This document shows, one piece after another, positions 27,305 through 36,236 of a stretch of 40,072 nt of DNA. Below the pieces are notes generated by a model that was given only the letters and a program-made list of their open reading frames with translations, was not told the origin of the DNA and searched no databases. The position numbers and the translations under genes are program-made. Position 1 is the first letter of the stretch; each line of letters starts with the position of its first letter. The DNA is from Chthoniobacteraceae bacterium. Lineage in GTDB: Bacteria; Verrucomicrobiota; Verrucomicrobiia; Chthoniobacterales; Chthoniobacteraceae. The stretch lies in assembly GCA_031409335.1 (NCBI GenBank), contig JANNWY010000245.1:1-40072 (forward strand). Direction: 5' to 3'.

Positions 27305-29518
27305 ATGAGATTTCCCCATCAAGTCTGGATCTGCGCGCTCGCTTTTCTCACGCCAAGCCTCCATGCAGCGGAGTCGGTGCCGCGACCTTGGACCGAGTAC
27401 CGCACCATCATGTGGATCGGTGACACGGCCTACAAAAAGCCGGAAAAACTGCCGCTCTTTTTCCAGCGAATGCGCGAGATGGGCGTCAATACAGGAATGG
27501 TCACGGGCGATGCAGATGCGCAGCCGCTGCTGGATGCGAAGATGCCGTTCTACGTGGAGAACATCGTGAACAAAGGGCTGTGCTTGAAGTGGAATTCCAA
27601 GGTGAGCGATTGGGACAAGATGGTGACGGCATGGAAAACGCCGCGCGATGAGGCGGGACTCATGCGCGACTACAGTCTCGACGACCCGAAGTGGCGCGAG
27701 TGGGCGGGCAGCGCGATGACTTCCGCCGTCCGCAAACACGCTGCGAACCGACCGCTCGCCTACGACATCCGCGACGAACTCTCGACGACGATCTCGGCGA
27801 ACCCTTTCGACTATGACTTCTCGCCGACCGCGCTGGCGGGTTTTCGCGACTGGTTAAAAATGCAATATCGCAACCTCGCCGCGCTGAACGCGCAGTGGGA
27901 CACGCACTTTTCCAAATGGGAGGACGTGAAGCCCTTCACCACCGACCAGATCAAAAACCGCATGGCCGGCGGTGAACCGGACGCGCTCGGCTTCCCGCGC
28001 GGAAAGCCCGACTGGCAAGCACTCCAAGCAGTCAAATTCGATCCCGACGAAGCGCGGAAAAATCCGGCGCGCTGGAATTTTTCGCCGTGGTGCGATCACC
28101 GCACTTACATGGACGTGGCGCTCGCCCGCACACTCGGCGACCTGCGCGAAACCGCGCGGAAGCTCGATCCACAGACGCCTGTGGGAATCGAAGGCACCCA
28201 GATGCCATCCGCCTTCGGCGGCTACGATTTGTGGCGGCTTTCGCAAGTGCTCGACTGGGTGGAGCCGTACGACATTGGCAATGCGCGGGAGATTTTCGGC
28301 TCCTTCATGCCGGGGAAACCCTTCCTCACGACCGTCGGCGAACAGGACGCCAAAGCCGCGCGCCGCCGCCTTTGGCACCTGCTGCTGGAAGGCGACCGCG
28401 GCTGCATCGTCTGGTGGAGCGAGGATTGCATCGACTGGAAAAGTGAAGACTACGCGCTGACTCCGCGCGCCAAAGCGCTCGCGCCCGTGCTCGCCGAAAT
28501 GCAGTCTCCGCTCGCGCGTCTTTTCCTGCGCGCAAAACGCGAGTTTGATCCCGTGGCGGTTCACTATTCGCACGCGAGCATCCAGGTGAACTGGCTGCTC
28601 GAATCGACGGAAGATGGCAGCACGTGGTTGCGCCGCTTTTCCAGCTACGAGGCGAGCCACAACAAGATGGCGAAAAGCCGCCAGGCGTGGGTGAAGCTGC
28701 TGCAGGATTTGGGTTACACGCCGCAGTTTCTCTCGACCGAACAGATCGAGCGCGGGGCGCTGGCGAAGCAGAAGATTCTGGTTTGCCCAGACTCATTGGC
28801 GATGTCCGGCGCGGAAGCGGCGGCGATTTCCAAATGGATCGATCTACTCCCCGGCCAACGAGAAAACCGTATCGCGCTCGGCTCCGATGAGCCGAATCAT
28901 TTCGATCCGCACGGCCGCCTCCGCGCGGCAGGCCACCTCAGCATCATGGGCGACCGGATCATTCACCGCGACTCCACTTGGTATGTTCAACTTTTCCCAG
29001 AGAGTCTCGCTGTGGGCGAGCTGGGCGACGCTCCTCTTTCAAGTCTGAGCCGCCGCGATGGACTTCCTACGAATGTGGGCGAGGCAGTCGAACAACGCTT
29101 GCTCCAAGCTGAAATCGACCGACGCCGCGCGGCTTCCCTGGAAGACGGTTTGGAAGAGCGACTCCACGAGATTTTGCCGCCCGACATCGAAGTCTCGCGC
29201 CACCTCTGCGTGCGCACCCATCGCTACCGCTCAGGCCCCGCGCGCCTCGTCGCGTTCGAGCGAAACATCGTGTGGCAGATGGGCGAGGATTTGAAGCAAG
29301 CCGGCGGAAATGAACCGCTGGAAAAGCCCGTGAAGTTCGACGCGAAACTTTCCGCACCGGCGCACGCTTACGATTTGCGTTCGGGCAAATATCTCGGGCT
29401 TCTTTCCAGCATCCCCGTGGATCTCGACCCGTGGCAGCCATCGCTTTACGCCCTCACGAAAGCGAAGCTGCCCGACGGCGACATCCTCGACGAGTTGGAA
29501 AAAATCGCCCCGCGGTGA
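27305..29518 (+). CDS. Exported GH42-like glycoside hydrolase (beta-galactosidase-like) with trimerization-type domain
   Basis: Signal peptide; YDIRDELS, FRDWLKMQYRNLAALNAQWDTHFSKWEDV (GH42-like insert), GGYDLWRL, VAVHYS..S, LLQDLGY.PQF. Confidence 0.72.
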   Translation: MRFPHQVWICALAFLTPSLHAAESVPRPWTEYRTIMWIGDTAYKKPEKLPLFFQRMREMGVNTGMVTGDADAQPLLDAKMPFYVENIVNKGLCLKWNSKVSDWDKMVTAWKTPRDEAGLMRDYSLDDPKWREWAGSAMTSAVRKHAANRPLAYDIRDELSTTISANPFDYDFSPTALAGFRDWLKMQYRNLAALNAQWDTHFSKWEDVKPFTTDQIKNRMAGGEPDALGFPRGKPDWQALQAVKFDPDEARKNPARWNFSPWCDHRTYMDVALARTLGDLRETARKLDPQTPVGIEGTQMPSAFGGYDLWRLSQVLDWVEPYDIGNAREIFGSFMPGKPFLTTVGEQDAKAARRRLWHLLLEGDRGCIVWWSEDCIDWKSEDYALTPRAKALAPVLAEMQSPLARLFLRAKREFDPVAVHYSHASIQVNWLLESTEDGSTWLRRFSSYEASHNKMAKSRQAWVKLLQDLGYTPQFLSTEQIERGALAKQKILVCPDSLAMSGAEAAAISKWIDLLPGQRENRIALGSDEPNHFDPHGRLRAAGHLSIMGDRIIHRDSTWYVQLFPESLAVGELGDAPLSSLSRRDGLPTNVGEAVEQRLLQAEIDRRRAASLEDGLEERLHEILPPDIEVSRHLCVRTHRYRSGPARLVAFERNIVWQMGEDLKQAGGNEPLEKPVKFDAKLSAPAHAYDLRSGKYLGLLSSIPVDLDPWQPSLYALTKAKLPDGDILDELEKIAPR

Positions 29519-29538
29519 GTTGACGGGCGGCTGCGCGT

Positions 29539-29706
29539 TTCCGGGTAGCACGCTCGTCCCGAGCGTTGGCGAAGGCGTCCCGCCTTTGCGGACTTCCTTC
29601 ACGCTTCATCCCAGATTTCGTTCACGCATCTCGCAGCGCCGCGGAAAGGAAGTTCGTTTTGGCGGGACGCCAAAACCAACGCTCGGGACGAGCGTGCTAC
29701 CCGGAA
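29539..29706. repeat. REPIN/MITE-like element: two inverted GTAG-type REP sequences
   Basis: Perfect 31-bp inverted repeat (29539-29569 / 29676-29706) extending imperfectly to about 60 bp; each arm is GTAG plus hairpin ACGCTCG-TCC-CGAGCGT; between convergent genes. Confidence 0.85.
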
Positions 29707-29729
29707 TACGCCCGCGACGCGTTCCCCAG

Positions 29730-30392
29730 CTAAAAGCGAAACTCCCGCATCACGCCGCACCACTTCTTCAGCGCGGGCTGCGCGGCGCTCAGTTCGTTCC
29801 AGCCGCGGTAGGTGAGATTGCCGATGATCCCGAAAAGCAGAAAGTCGCTGTAAACCGGCGTGTCGCCGAAGAGGAAAGGCGAATGGAGCAGCGTCGTTTC
29901 AAAACGCGCGAGCAACTTGTCGGCATCCGCGCGGATCGCCGCGGCCTCGCGCCGCCATTGTTCGAGGCATCCGCGCCCGAACTTCCGCTCTTTGTGCCGC
30001 ACCGTCATCCCGCGCGCCGCGACATCGGGGATCGCCGGGACGTAATGAATATCCGTCAGCTTGAAGGTGAGCGACTCGACTTCGTTTTCCAAAAAGTCGT
30101 TCACGATGGCCTGCAAGCCATCGAGCGCCGCGGGGAAAAGCGCGCCGCGGGCAAACGTCGTGTCCACGTAGCGCGCGACATCCTGCGAGTCGGCGCGGGT
30201 TTCAAAGATGACGCGCCCGTCGTGCTCCAGCACCGGCACAGAATAGTATGCGCCGTCCGTCAGCCGCAGCAGTTCGCCGCGATCCCAGTTCGTAATCTCG
30301 CGCCGCCCGAACTCGACGCCGCACGCCGTCATCGCCTGCGCGATGGGAATGCAAAACGGGCTGTGGGCCAATTCATAAAGTGTCACACTCAT
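29730..30392 (-). CDS. Glutathione S-transferase family protein
   Basis: TLYELAHSPFC, SVPVLEHDG, SQDVARYVD, PFLFGDTPVYSDFLLFG; start trimmed to 30392. Confidence 0.85.
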   Translation of the reverse strand: MSVTLYELAHSPFCIPIAQAMTACGVEFGRREITNWDRGELLRLTDGAYYSVPVLEHDGRVIFETRADSQDVARYVDTTFARGALFPAALDGLQAIVNDFLENEVESLTFKLTDIHYVPAIPDVAARGMTVRHKERKFGRGCLEQWRREAAAIRADADKLLARFETTLLHSPFLFGDTPVYSDFLLFGIIGNLTYRGWNELSAAQPALKKWCGVMREFRF

Positions 30393-30397
30393 GCCGC

Positions 30398-31057
30398 TCA
30401 GAGTGATCGAGTCTCCGCGCGAAGCCAAGGCTCCGCTGTGCCAAGGCTCGCGGTCTGGCTGAACAATTCCTCCGCCCGCCGCGCGATCGTTTCCAAGTTC
30501 ACAACCATGCCGCACTCGCGCTCGACGCTGGTCATTTCCACGCCCGCGATCCCGCACGGCGTGATGCACGCAAACGGCGCGAGATCGCCGCACACGTTCA
30601 GCGCGAAGCCGTGCATCGTGATCCAGCGCCGCACACCCACGCCGATCGACGCGATCTTCTTTCCGCCGACCCATACGCCTGTAAGCCCCACGCACCGCTC
30701 GCCAGCGACGCCGAATCCCGCGAGCAGCGCGATGAGAAAATCTTCGAGCGCGCGCAGATACCGATGCAAATCCTGACCGCGCGGTTTCAAATCGAGAATG
30801 GGATAGCCGACAAGCTGCCCGGGGCCGTGATACGTCGCCTGCCCGCCGCGATTGATCTGCACGACGGGATGCGGCAGGCGCGTGGCGTCGAGTAAGCTCG
30901 ATTGATCCGGCGTGCGCCCGATCGTGTAAACCGGGTCGTGTTCCAGCAGCAGCAGTTCGTCTTCCGTCGCCGCGTCCGCGATTTTGCGCGCCACGATTTC
31001 TTCCTGAAGCTCACGCGCTTCCTCAAACCGCACGCGACCCAGCCAGCGCACGATCAT
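30398..31057 (-). CDS. lipB: Lipoyl(octanoyl) transferase
   Basis: LLLEHDPVYTIG, NRGGQATYHGPGQLVGYPI, KKIASIG, TMHGFALNV, ITPCGI. Confidence 0.97.
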   Translation of the reverse strand: MIVRWLGRVRFEEARELQEEIVARKIADAATEDELLLLEHDPVYTIGRTPDQSSLLDATRLPHPVVQINRGGQATYHGPGQLVGYPILDLKPRGQDLHRYLRALEDFLIALLAGFGVAGERCVGLTGVWVGGKKIASIGVGVRRWITMHGFALNVCGDLAPFACITPCGIAGVEMTSVERECGMVVNLETIARRAEELFSQTASLGTAEPWLRAETRSL

Positions 31058-31557
31058 ATCCGCTCCATCACGTTTAACCCGCGCCCCGCCGCCTCGGCGG
31101 TCTGGAAATGCGTGAGCCCGATCGCCAGCGCATCCGCGGCATCGGCGGAAGGAGTTTCCGTGAGGCCGAGGAGCGCCCGCACCATGAAGCCGACCTGCCC
31201 CTTGTCCGCGCCGCCGCGCCCGACGATCGACTGCTTCACTCGGCGCGGCGCGTATTCATAAATCGGGAGCCCGCGCCCGGCCGCAGCGAGCAGCGCCGCG
31301 CCGCGCGCCGACCCGAGCGTGATCGCCGTGCGAAAACTCTGCACATAGATCACCGCCTCGAACGCCGCGCATTCGGGCCGGTGCTCCTCGATCAAATCGC
31401 GCACTCGTTCATGAATCGCGACGAGGCAACCCGACGGCAGCAGCGCCGGTTTGTTTTTGATCGTGCCGAAATCGAGCACACGCACCTTGCGATCGAGCTT
31501 TTCCAAAATCGCGAAACCGGTGCTGCGCAAAGACGGATCGACAGCGAGGACGCGCAT
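31054..31557 (-). CDS. ruvC: Holliday junction resolvase
   Basis: VLAVDPSLRSTGF, AFE, LGSARG, EYAPRRVKQ..VG.GGADKGQV..MV, DAADALAIGLTH. Confidence 0.96.
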   Translation of the reverse strand: MRVLAVDPSLRSTGFAILEKLDRKVRVLDFGTIKNKPALLPSGCLVAIHERVRDLIEEHRPECAAFEAVIYVQSFRTAITLGSARGAALLAAAGRGLPIYEYAPRRVKQSIVGRGGADKGQVGFMVRALLGLTETPSADAADALAIGLTHFQTAEAAGRGLNVMERI

Positions 31558-31636
31558 GGAAAAATTCGATAAAAGCGGCGGGTGAGCCGGTAGCTGAAAC
31601 CTTGGCAATGCCACGATGCAAGTGTATCCGTCGCAC

Positions 31637-32191
31637 ATGGCCACTCTGACGATCGATCTTTCCTCTCAGAAAAAACAGACCGTCTTCAATTTGCGACGTT
31701 GGGAGCAATTGCGCACCGATCCGCTGATCGCGCAGGAACTTTCCAAATTTGAAGGCCGCGTCGAAACCAACCGCCACGGCCACATTATTATGTATCCACC
31801 GCCAGGATTTTCTCACGGAGGCTATCAGTCTGAAATTGCCCACGTTCTGCGGACCTTGCTCCCGGAAGGCAAGGTCGCTACCGAGTGCCCGATCTCGACT
31901 GTCGATGGCATGAAAGGCGCCGATGTCGTCTGGATTTCGCGCGCGCGCGCCACAGCCGTCATGAGGAAAAACTGCCTCACGAAAGCGCCGGAGATTTGCG
32001 TGGAAGTTCTCTCGCCTGACAATTCACGTCGGGAAATGGCGGAAAAAAAGGCGCTGTATTTCGCCGCGGGCGCGAAAGAGGTCTGGTTTTGCGACCGGGA
32101 TGGAGTGATGACCTTCTTCATCGGAGCAGCTTCGCGCGGGCAGAATACCTCGAAGTTTTGCCCGGAGTTTCCACGCCGGATTCAGTTCTAA
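31637..32191 (+). CDS. Uma2 (DUF820) family putative endonuclease
   Basis: [45 protein letters not shown]. Confidence 0.92.
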   Translation: MATLTIDLSSQKKQTVFNLRRWEQLRTDPLIAQELSKFEGRVETNRHGHIIMYPPPGFSHGGYQSEIAHVLRTLLPEGKVATECPISTVDGMKGADVVWISRARATAVMRKNCLTKAPEICVEVLSPDNSRREMAEKKALYFAAGAKEVWFCDRDGVMTFFIGAASRGQNTSKFCPEFPRRIQF

Positions 32192-32994
32192 ATCGCGAGT
32201 TGGAATCGCGGATTCTGCGATAGAAAGCGCATCGGATTTCCGTAAATCAGCGCGTCGATCGTTTCCTCGGAATGTCCGCGCTTGCGCATTTCCTGCCCCG
32301 TCTTCGGCACCGCGAGCGGGTCGCTTTTCCCCCAGTCGCACGCGCTGTTCAGCCACACCCGCTGGCCGCCGTACACTTCATACATGTCGATCGCGCGCGC
32401 CGGTGTGCTCTTCGATTCCGGGTAAAGCGTGATGCCCGCCCAGAAGCCTTCATCGAGCACCATCTTGATCGTGTGCTCCTCTACATGGTCGATGATCGTG
32501 CGACCTGGCTGGATGCGCGCGTCGGCTTTCAGCGCGTCGAGGATGAGCCGCGTGCCTTTGCGTTTATCCTCCAGATGCGGCGTGTGGACGAGGATCATCT
32601 GGCCGTGCCGCGCCGCGAGGTCGATGTGTTGTTCGAGCACTTTCAGCTCGTTGCGCGTGTTTTTGTTCAGCCCGATTTCGCCGATGCCGAGCACGTTTGG
32701 GCGTTCGAGAAAATGCGGGATGATGCTCAGTACTTCGTCCGCGAGCCTCATGTCCTCGGACTCTTTCGGATTGATGCAGAGCCAGGTGAAATGCGGCAGC
32801 AAAAACTTCGCAGCGCGCTTCGGCTCATAGTCGGTGAGCTGGCAAAAGTAATCGTAAAATCCCTGCACCCCGCTGCGATCGAAGCCCGCCCAAAACGCCG
32901 GCTCGCAAACCGCGCGGCACCCCGCGAGGACCATCGCTTCGTAGTCATCCGTCGTGCGGCTGACCATGTGACCGTGTGGTTCGATGTAGCGCAC
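32188..32994 (-). CDS. TatD family hydrolase (EboB-like subfamily)
   Basis: [56 protein letters not shown] start. Confidence 0.9.
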   Translation of the reverse strand: MRYIEPHGHMVSRTTDDYEAMVLAGCRAVCEPAFWAGFDRSGVQGFYDYFCQLTDYEPKRAAKFLLPHFTWLCINPKESEDMRLADEVLSIIPHFLERPNVLGIGEIGLNKNTRNELKVLEQHIDLAARHGQMILVHTPHLEDKRKGTRLILDALKADARIQPGRTIIDHVEEHTIKMVLDEGFWAGITLYPESKSTPARAIDMYEVYGGQRVWLNSACDWGKSDPLAVPKTGQEMRKRGHSEETIDALIYGNPMRFLSQNPRFQLAI

Positions 32995-33000
32995 GCGGTT

Positions 33001-33028
33001 AGTTGAAAGTTGAGAGTTGAAAGTTGAG
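33001..33028. repeat. Heptamer tandem repeat (AGTTGAR x4)
   Basis: AGTTGAA-AGTTGAG-AGTTGAA-AGTTGAG in the short gap just upstream of the TatD start. Confidence 0.85.
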
Positions 33029-33036
33029 AGCCACGG

Positions 33037-33315
33037 CTAGTGATTGGTTGCTTCCGCGGCATTCCACGCACCAGCGGCACCTTTGCCCGGAGCTTTCTCG
33101 ATCGGCTCGGTCGTCGGATCGCTCAGCGAATCGAGCACTGATTTTGCGCGTTCGGGAGTGTTGCGGTGCAATTCCTCCAGCGCCTTTCGCAGCGCATCGA
33201 GTCGGAAATCCGGCGCGCCTTCCGCGCGATCCACCCGATCGAGGAAGGCCGCGAGGTCGATCAGCTTCGACCGCGCATCCATGAAATAGAGATCGAGGAT
33301 TTGCTGGCGCGTCAT
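33037..33315 (-). CDS. Small conserved-looking hypothetical protein
   Basis: 92-aa ORF (YFMDARSKLIDLAAFLDRVDRA...DFRL) co-oriented with TatD; host-like codon usage. Confidence 0.8.
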   Translation of the reverse strand: MTRQQILDLYFMDARSKLIDLAAFLDRVDRAEGAPDFRLDALRKALEELHRNTPERAKSVLDSLSDPTTEPIEKAPGKGAAGAWNAAEATNH

Positions 33316-33363
33316 GATTGAAAAATGCTCGCGGGTGACGCCTGGCGCAACCGTCTTGAAACA

Positions 33364-33395
33364 ATGCAGCCCCGGAACGGATTCCGGGGCTGCAT
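33364..33395 (-). terminator. Intrinsic terminator after the cytochrome b562-like gene
   Basis: Perfect 14-bp stem ATGCAGCCCCGGAA/TTCCGGGGCTGCAT with 4-nt loop, followed by TGTTT on the minus strand. Confidence 0.7.
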
Positions 33396-33428
33396 CAAAT
33401 CAGTGAACCGGGCGAAAGCGTTCGCCGT

Positions 33429-33857
33429 TTATTCGTCGTCGGCTCCGAAATCCTTGTGACCTTTTTCTTTTTGCTCGGAGAGTTTGTCGAAGAGCGCCTT
33501 CGCATCGTCCGCTTTGCCAGCCGTCAATGCCGCCTCGATCTCCTCAAAAGTCTTGTTCAGCTCGGTGAGCTGCTTCTTGTATTTTTCAATGTAGGCCGCC
33601 TTCTCCGCCTCTGGGATCTCCTTCGTCTTTTTCGGTTCGAGCTTCGTCGCTTCCGCGATCGCCGTCTTGATCTTGCCGATCAATCCGACGTTCTCGTCTT
33701 TCTTGGTGGCGTCGGCGATCTGGCGCTTCAGCGTCCGGAGCGCCTTGTTCATGCCGGACATATTCTTGGCAAGCGGCGTGTCGTCTTCCGCGCGGACGGT
33801 CGCTTGGAAGCCGATGGCGAATGCAACGAGGGTGGTGAGGAATGCTTTGAGTTTCAT
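33429..33857 (-). CDS. Cytochrome b562-like periplasmic four-helix protein
   Basis: Signal peptide; Met near the mature N-terminus (LAKNMSGM) and C-terminal His (KEKGHKDF) match b562 heme-ligand placement; K/E-rich helices. Confidence 0.75.
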   Translation of the reverse strand: MKLKAFLTTLVAFAIGFQATVRAEDDTPLAKNMSGMNKALRTLKRQIADATKKDENVGLIGKIKTAIAEATKLEPKKTKEIPEAEKAAYIEKYKKQLTELNKTFEEIEAALTAGKADDAKALFDKLSEQKEKGHKDFGADDE

Positions 33858-34161
33858 AGATGAGTGGAGGTGGAGTGTTGTGACAGCCGACGCGAATCGC
33901 CAGCCAATAGTGCTGATAATGACGCAGCGACCATTTCATTAAGTCAAAATTTCTTCGTGCATGCTGGCGACGGCGGGATCGGGCGGGCCGACATCCGATT
34001 GCCTCCGCTTCACCCCAATCCTGGGCCATCTCACGGACAAACTGTTTTCGTCATCGCGATTTCGCCTCATCTCATCACGCACTCGCAGACGCCCCCATGC
34101 ACTTTCACTGCAATGCCGTTCGTCGTGTTCTGATCAGCTAACCCCAAAACAAAAATACAAA

Positions 34162-35607
34162 ATGAAACTCACCCGTCCCCTCCTTGCACTGCTCGCCGCG
34201 CTGAGTCTCGGCGCGGCTTCCGTGCGCGCCGATTCCGTCGTCACCGACTGGAATGACGTATTCCTGCAAGCCGTCCGCACCGTAAAGTTCGGCCCGCCGC
34301 AGACGGCGCGTGCTGGAGCCATCCTTCACACCTGCATCTTCGACGCGTGGGCGTGCTACGATACGAACGCCGTCGGCACCCAATACTTCGGCTACCTCCG
34401 CCGGCCCGCGGTCGAGCGCACCGAGGCAAACAAGAAACTGGCGATTTCGTATGCGGCATATCGCGCGCTCGTCGATCTCTTCCCGACTCAGACCGCTGCC
34501 TTCGACGCAGCGTTTGCCTTGCAAACTGGAGGAGCCGATCCTGCGAATGCCTCGACCGACATCACTACCCCGACTGGCATCGGCAATGTCGTTTCCACTG
34601 CCGTCCTGTTCGAGCGGCACTACGATGGAGCGAACCAACTCGGCGACCTTCACGCCGGAGCCTACACGGACTACACTGGCTACGTTCCGGTAAATGCGCC
34701 GCACAATCCCGCAGCGCCCGGCGAAACAATCGCCAACCCCGATCACTGGCAGCCGCTCGTATTTCATCTCCCAAATCTCACGACCGTGACCCCCGGCTTT
34801 CTCGTTCCGCATTGGCAGAACGTCACGCCATTCGCGCTGGATTTTGCGGGCCAGTTTCGCCCGATCCCGCCCGCGAAACGCTCTGTCAATCCAGCGCTCT
34901 ATCGTGAGCAGGCCGAACACATCATCCGCGTCACGGCCAACTTGAACGACGTGCGGAAAACGATCGCCGAATACTGGGCGGATGGACCCGCATCGGAAAC
35001 GCCTCCGGGTCACTGGAACCTGCACGCGAAGTTTGTCTCCCATCGCGACGGCTACACGGTGGACCGCGATGCGATGCTCTTCTTCGCGCTGAACAATGCG
35101 CTGCTAGATGCCTCGATTGCGACTTGGGAATGCAAACGCTTTTACGATTACGTGCGTCCCATCACAGCGATTCATTTTTTGAAAAGGGACAGGATGATCC
35201 CGACCTTCGACGGCGGCATGGTGCTCGGGCAAAACTGGAAACCATTCCAACCCGATTCCTTCCTCACGCCACCCTTCCCGGAATACTCCTCGGGCCACAG
35301 TTGCTTCAGCTCGGCGGCGGCATTCATCCTTCGCACTTTCACCGGCAGCGATGCCTTTGGTGCATCCGCGACGCTCGCTGCCGGATCGTCGAAAATCCAG
35401 CCGGGCACCGTCCCCGCGGCGGCCGTGATCCTCTCGTGGCCGACCTTCACTTCGGCCGCAAATGAAGCCGGCGTTTCCCGTCGCTACGGCGGCATCCACT
35501 TTGCGCAGGGCGACATCGCTTCGCGCGTGCTCGGCACGCAAGTGGGCGCGACCACTTGGGCGAAGGCGCGCAAATTCATCCGTGGCACCGCGAATCCGGG
35601 GGACTGA
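34162..35607 (+). CDS. Secreted vanadium-dependent haloperoxidase (PAP2 superfamily)
   Basis: Signal peptide from ATG 34162; YWADGP...PPGHW; KRFYDYVRP (K-x6-RP), PPFPEYSSGHS, SRRYGGIHF vanadate-binding motifs. Confidence 0.88.
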   Translation: MKLTRPLLALLAALSLGAASVRADSVVTDWNDVFLQAVRTVKFGPPQTARAGAILHTCIFDAWACYDTNAVGTQYFGYLRRPAVERTEANKKLAISYAAYRALVDLFPTQTAAFDAAFALQTGGADPANASTDITTPTGIGNVVSTAVLFERHYDGANQLGDLHAGAYTDYTGYVPVNAPHNPAAPGETIANPDHWQPLVFHLPNLTTVTPGFLVPHWQNVTPFALDFAGQFRPIPPAKRSVNPALYREQAEHIIRVTANLNDVRKTIAEYWADGPASETPPGHWNLHAKFVSHRDGYTVDRDAMLFFALNNALLDASIATWECKRFYDYVRPITAIHFLKRDRMIPTFDGGMVLGQNWKPFQPDSFLTPPFPEYSSGHSCFSSAAAFILRTFTGSDAFGASATLAAGSSKIQPGTVPAAAVILSWPTFTSAANEAGVSRRYGGIHFAQGDIASRVLGTQVGATTWAKARKFIRGTANPGD

Positions 35608-35879
35608 CACGATCATCACTTTCCGGGAGGGGGGAAGCGGCGCGTCCGGTGAAACGGGCGCGGCGCGATGATTCATATCGGATACGGGAATAATTCCGGT
35701 AGAGCCATCTCTATAGGAAGTGCCCTTGCACTGAACAGAGCTGCGCCGCCGTGGTCTGCTCGACACCCAGCTAGCTGGGCCGGAATGCAGATGCGCGTTC
35801 ATCCGCAGTTTCTCCCGGCAGCAAAAGCGACAAGAAACTCGTTACAAAACCAAACCCACAAACCGAACCAACCAGACCC

Positions 35880-36221
35880 ATGAAAATAATCATCATCCCC
35901 GTGCTCGCGTTCGCCCTCACCGGCTCCGCGCTTGCATCCGGCAGCGCACCAATGCGGCCACCGCGCGTTCCAAAAGACATGACGCCCGCGACAAGCGAAA
36001 TGGACGCCACGCGTTACGCCCTCGGCAAAGCCGTCTTCACCGGCAAAGCCGTGCGCACCGCAAACCCATCCGCCGCAACGCAGCAAAAGATGCGGCTTAC
36101 GCAACTCGCCAGTGCCATCGGCAAAGACGGCGCATCGCTCCCCGCGCTCGCGGGCCAGCTCAGTGGCGAGCAGATGGAGGCGCTGAATTACTACACGTCG
36201 AAGCGTTTTGGAACTAACTAA
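35880..36221 (+). CDS. Small exported protein with cytochrome-c-like terminal helices but no CxxCH
   Basis: Signal peptide; YALGKAVFTG and LSGEQMEALNYY; no Cys or His in the sequence. Confidence 0.75.
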   Translation: MKIIIIPVLAFALTGSALASGSAPMRPPRVPKDMTPATSEMDATRYALGKAVFTGKAVRTANPSAATQQKMRLTQLASAIGKDGASLPALAGQLSGEQMEALNYYTSKRFGTN

Positions 36222-36236
36222 CCTGACATGTTTCCC

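Noticed and set aside
25074..29518. Polysaccharide utilization locus (TBDR plus glycoside hydrolase)
   Set aside because: The receptor is ZnuD-like rather than SusC-like, there is no SusD, and the genes are divergent
29520..30776. 418-aa + strand ORF
   Set aside because: Runs through the REPIN and antisense to GST and lipB; its repeated peptide is only the translated inverted repeat
31054..32191. Defence or CRISPR-associated nuclease pair (RuvC plus Uma2)
   Set aside because: RuvC is the canonical short resolvase coupled to lipB; Uma2 genes are common scattered paralogues; no array is present
33905..33945. Fur box upstream of the VHPO (GATAATGA)
   Set aside because: Only a half-site; no matching inverted arm at the proper spacing
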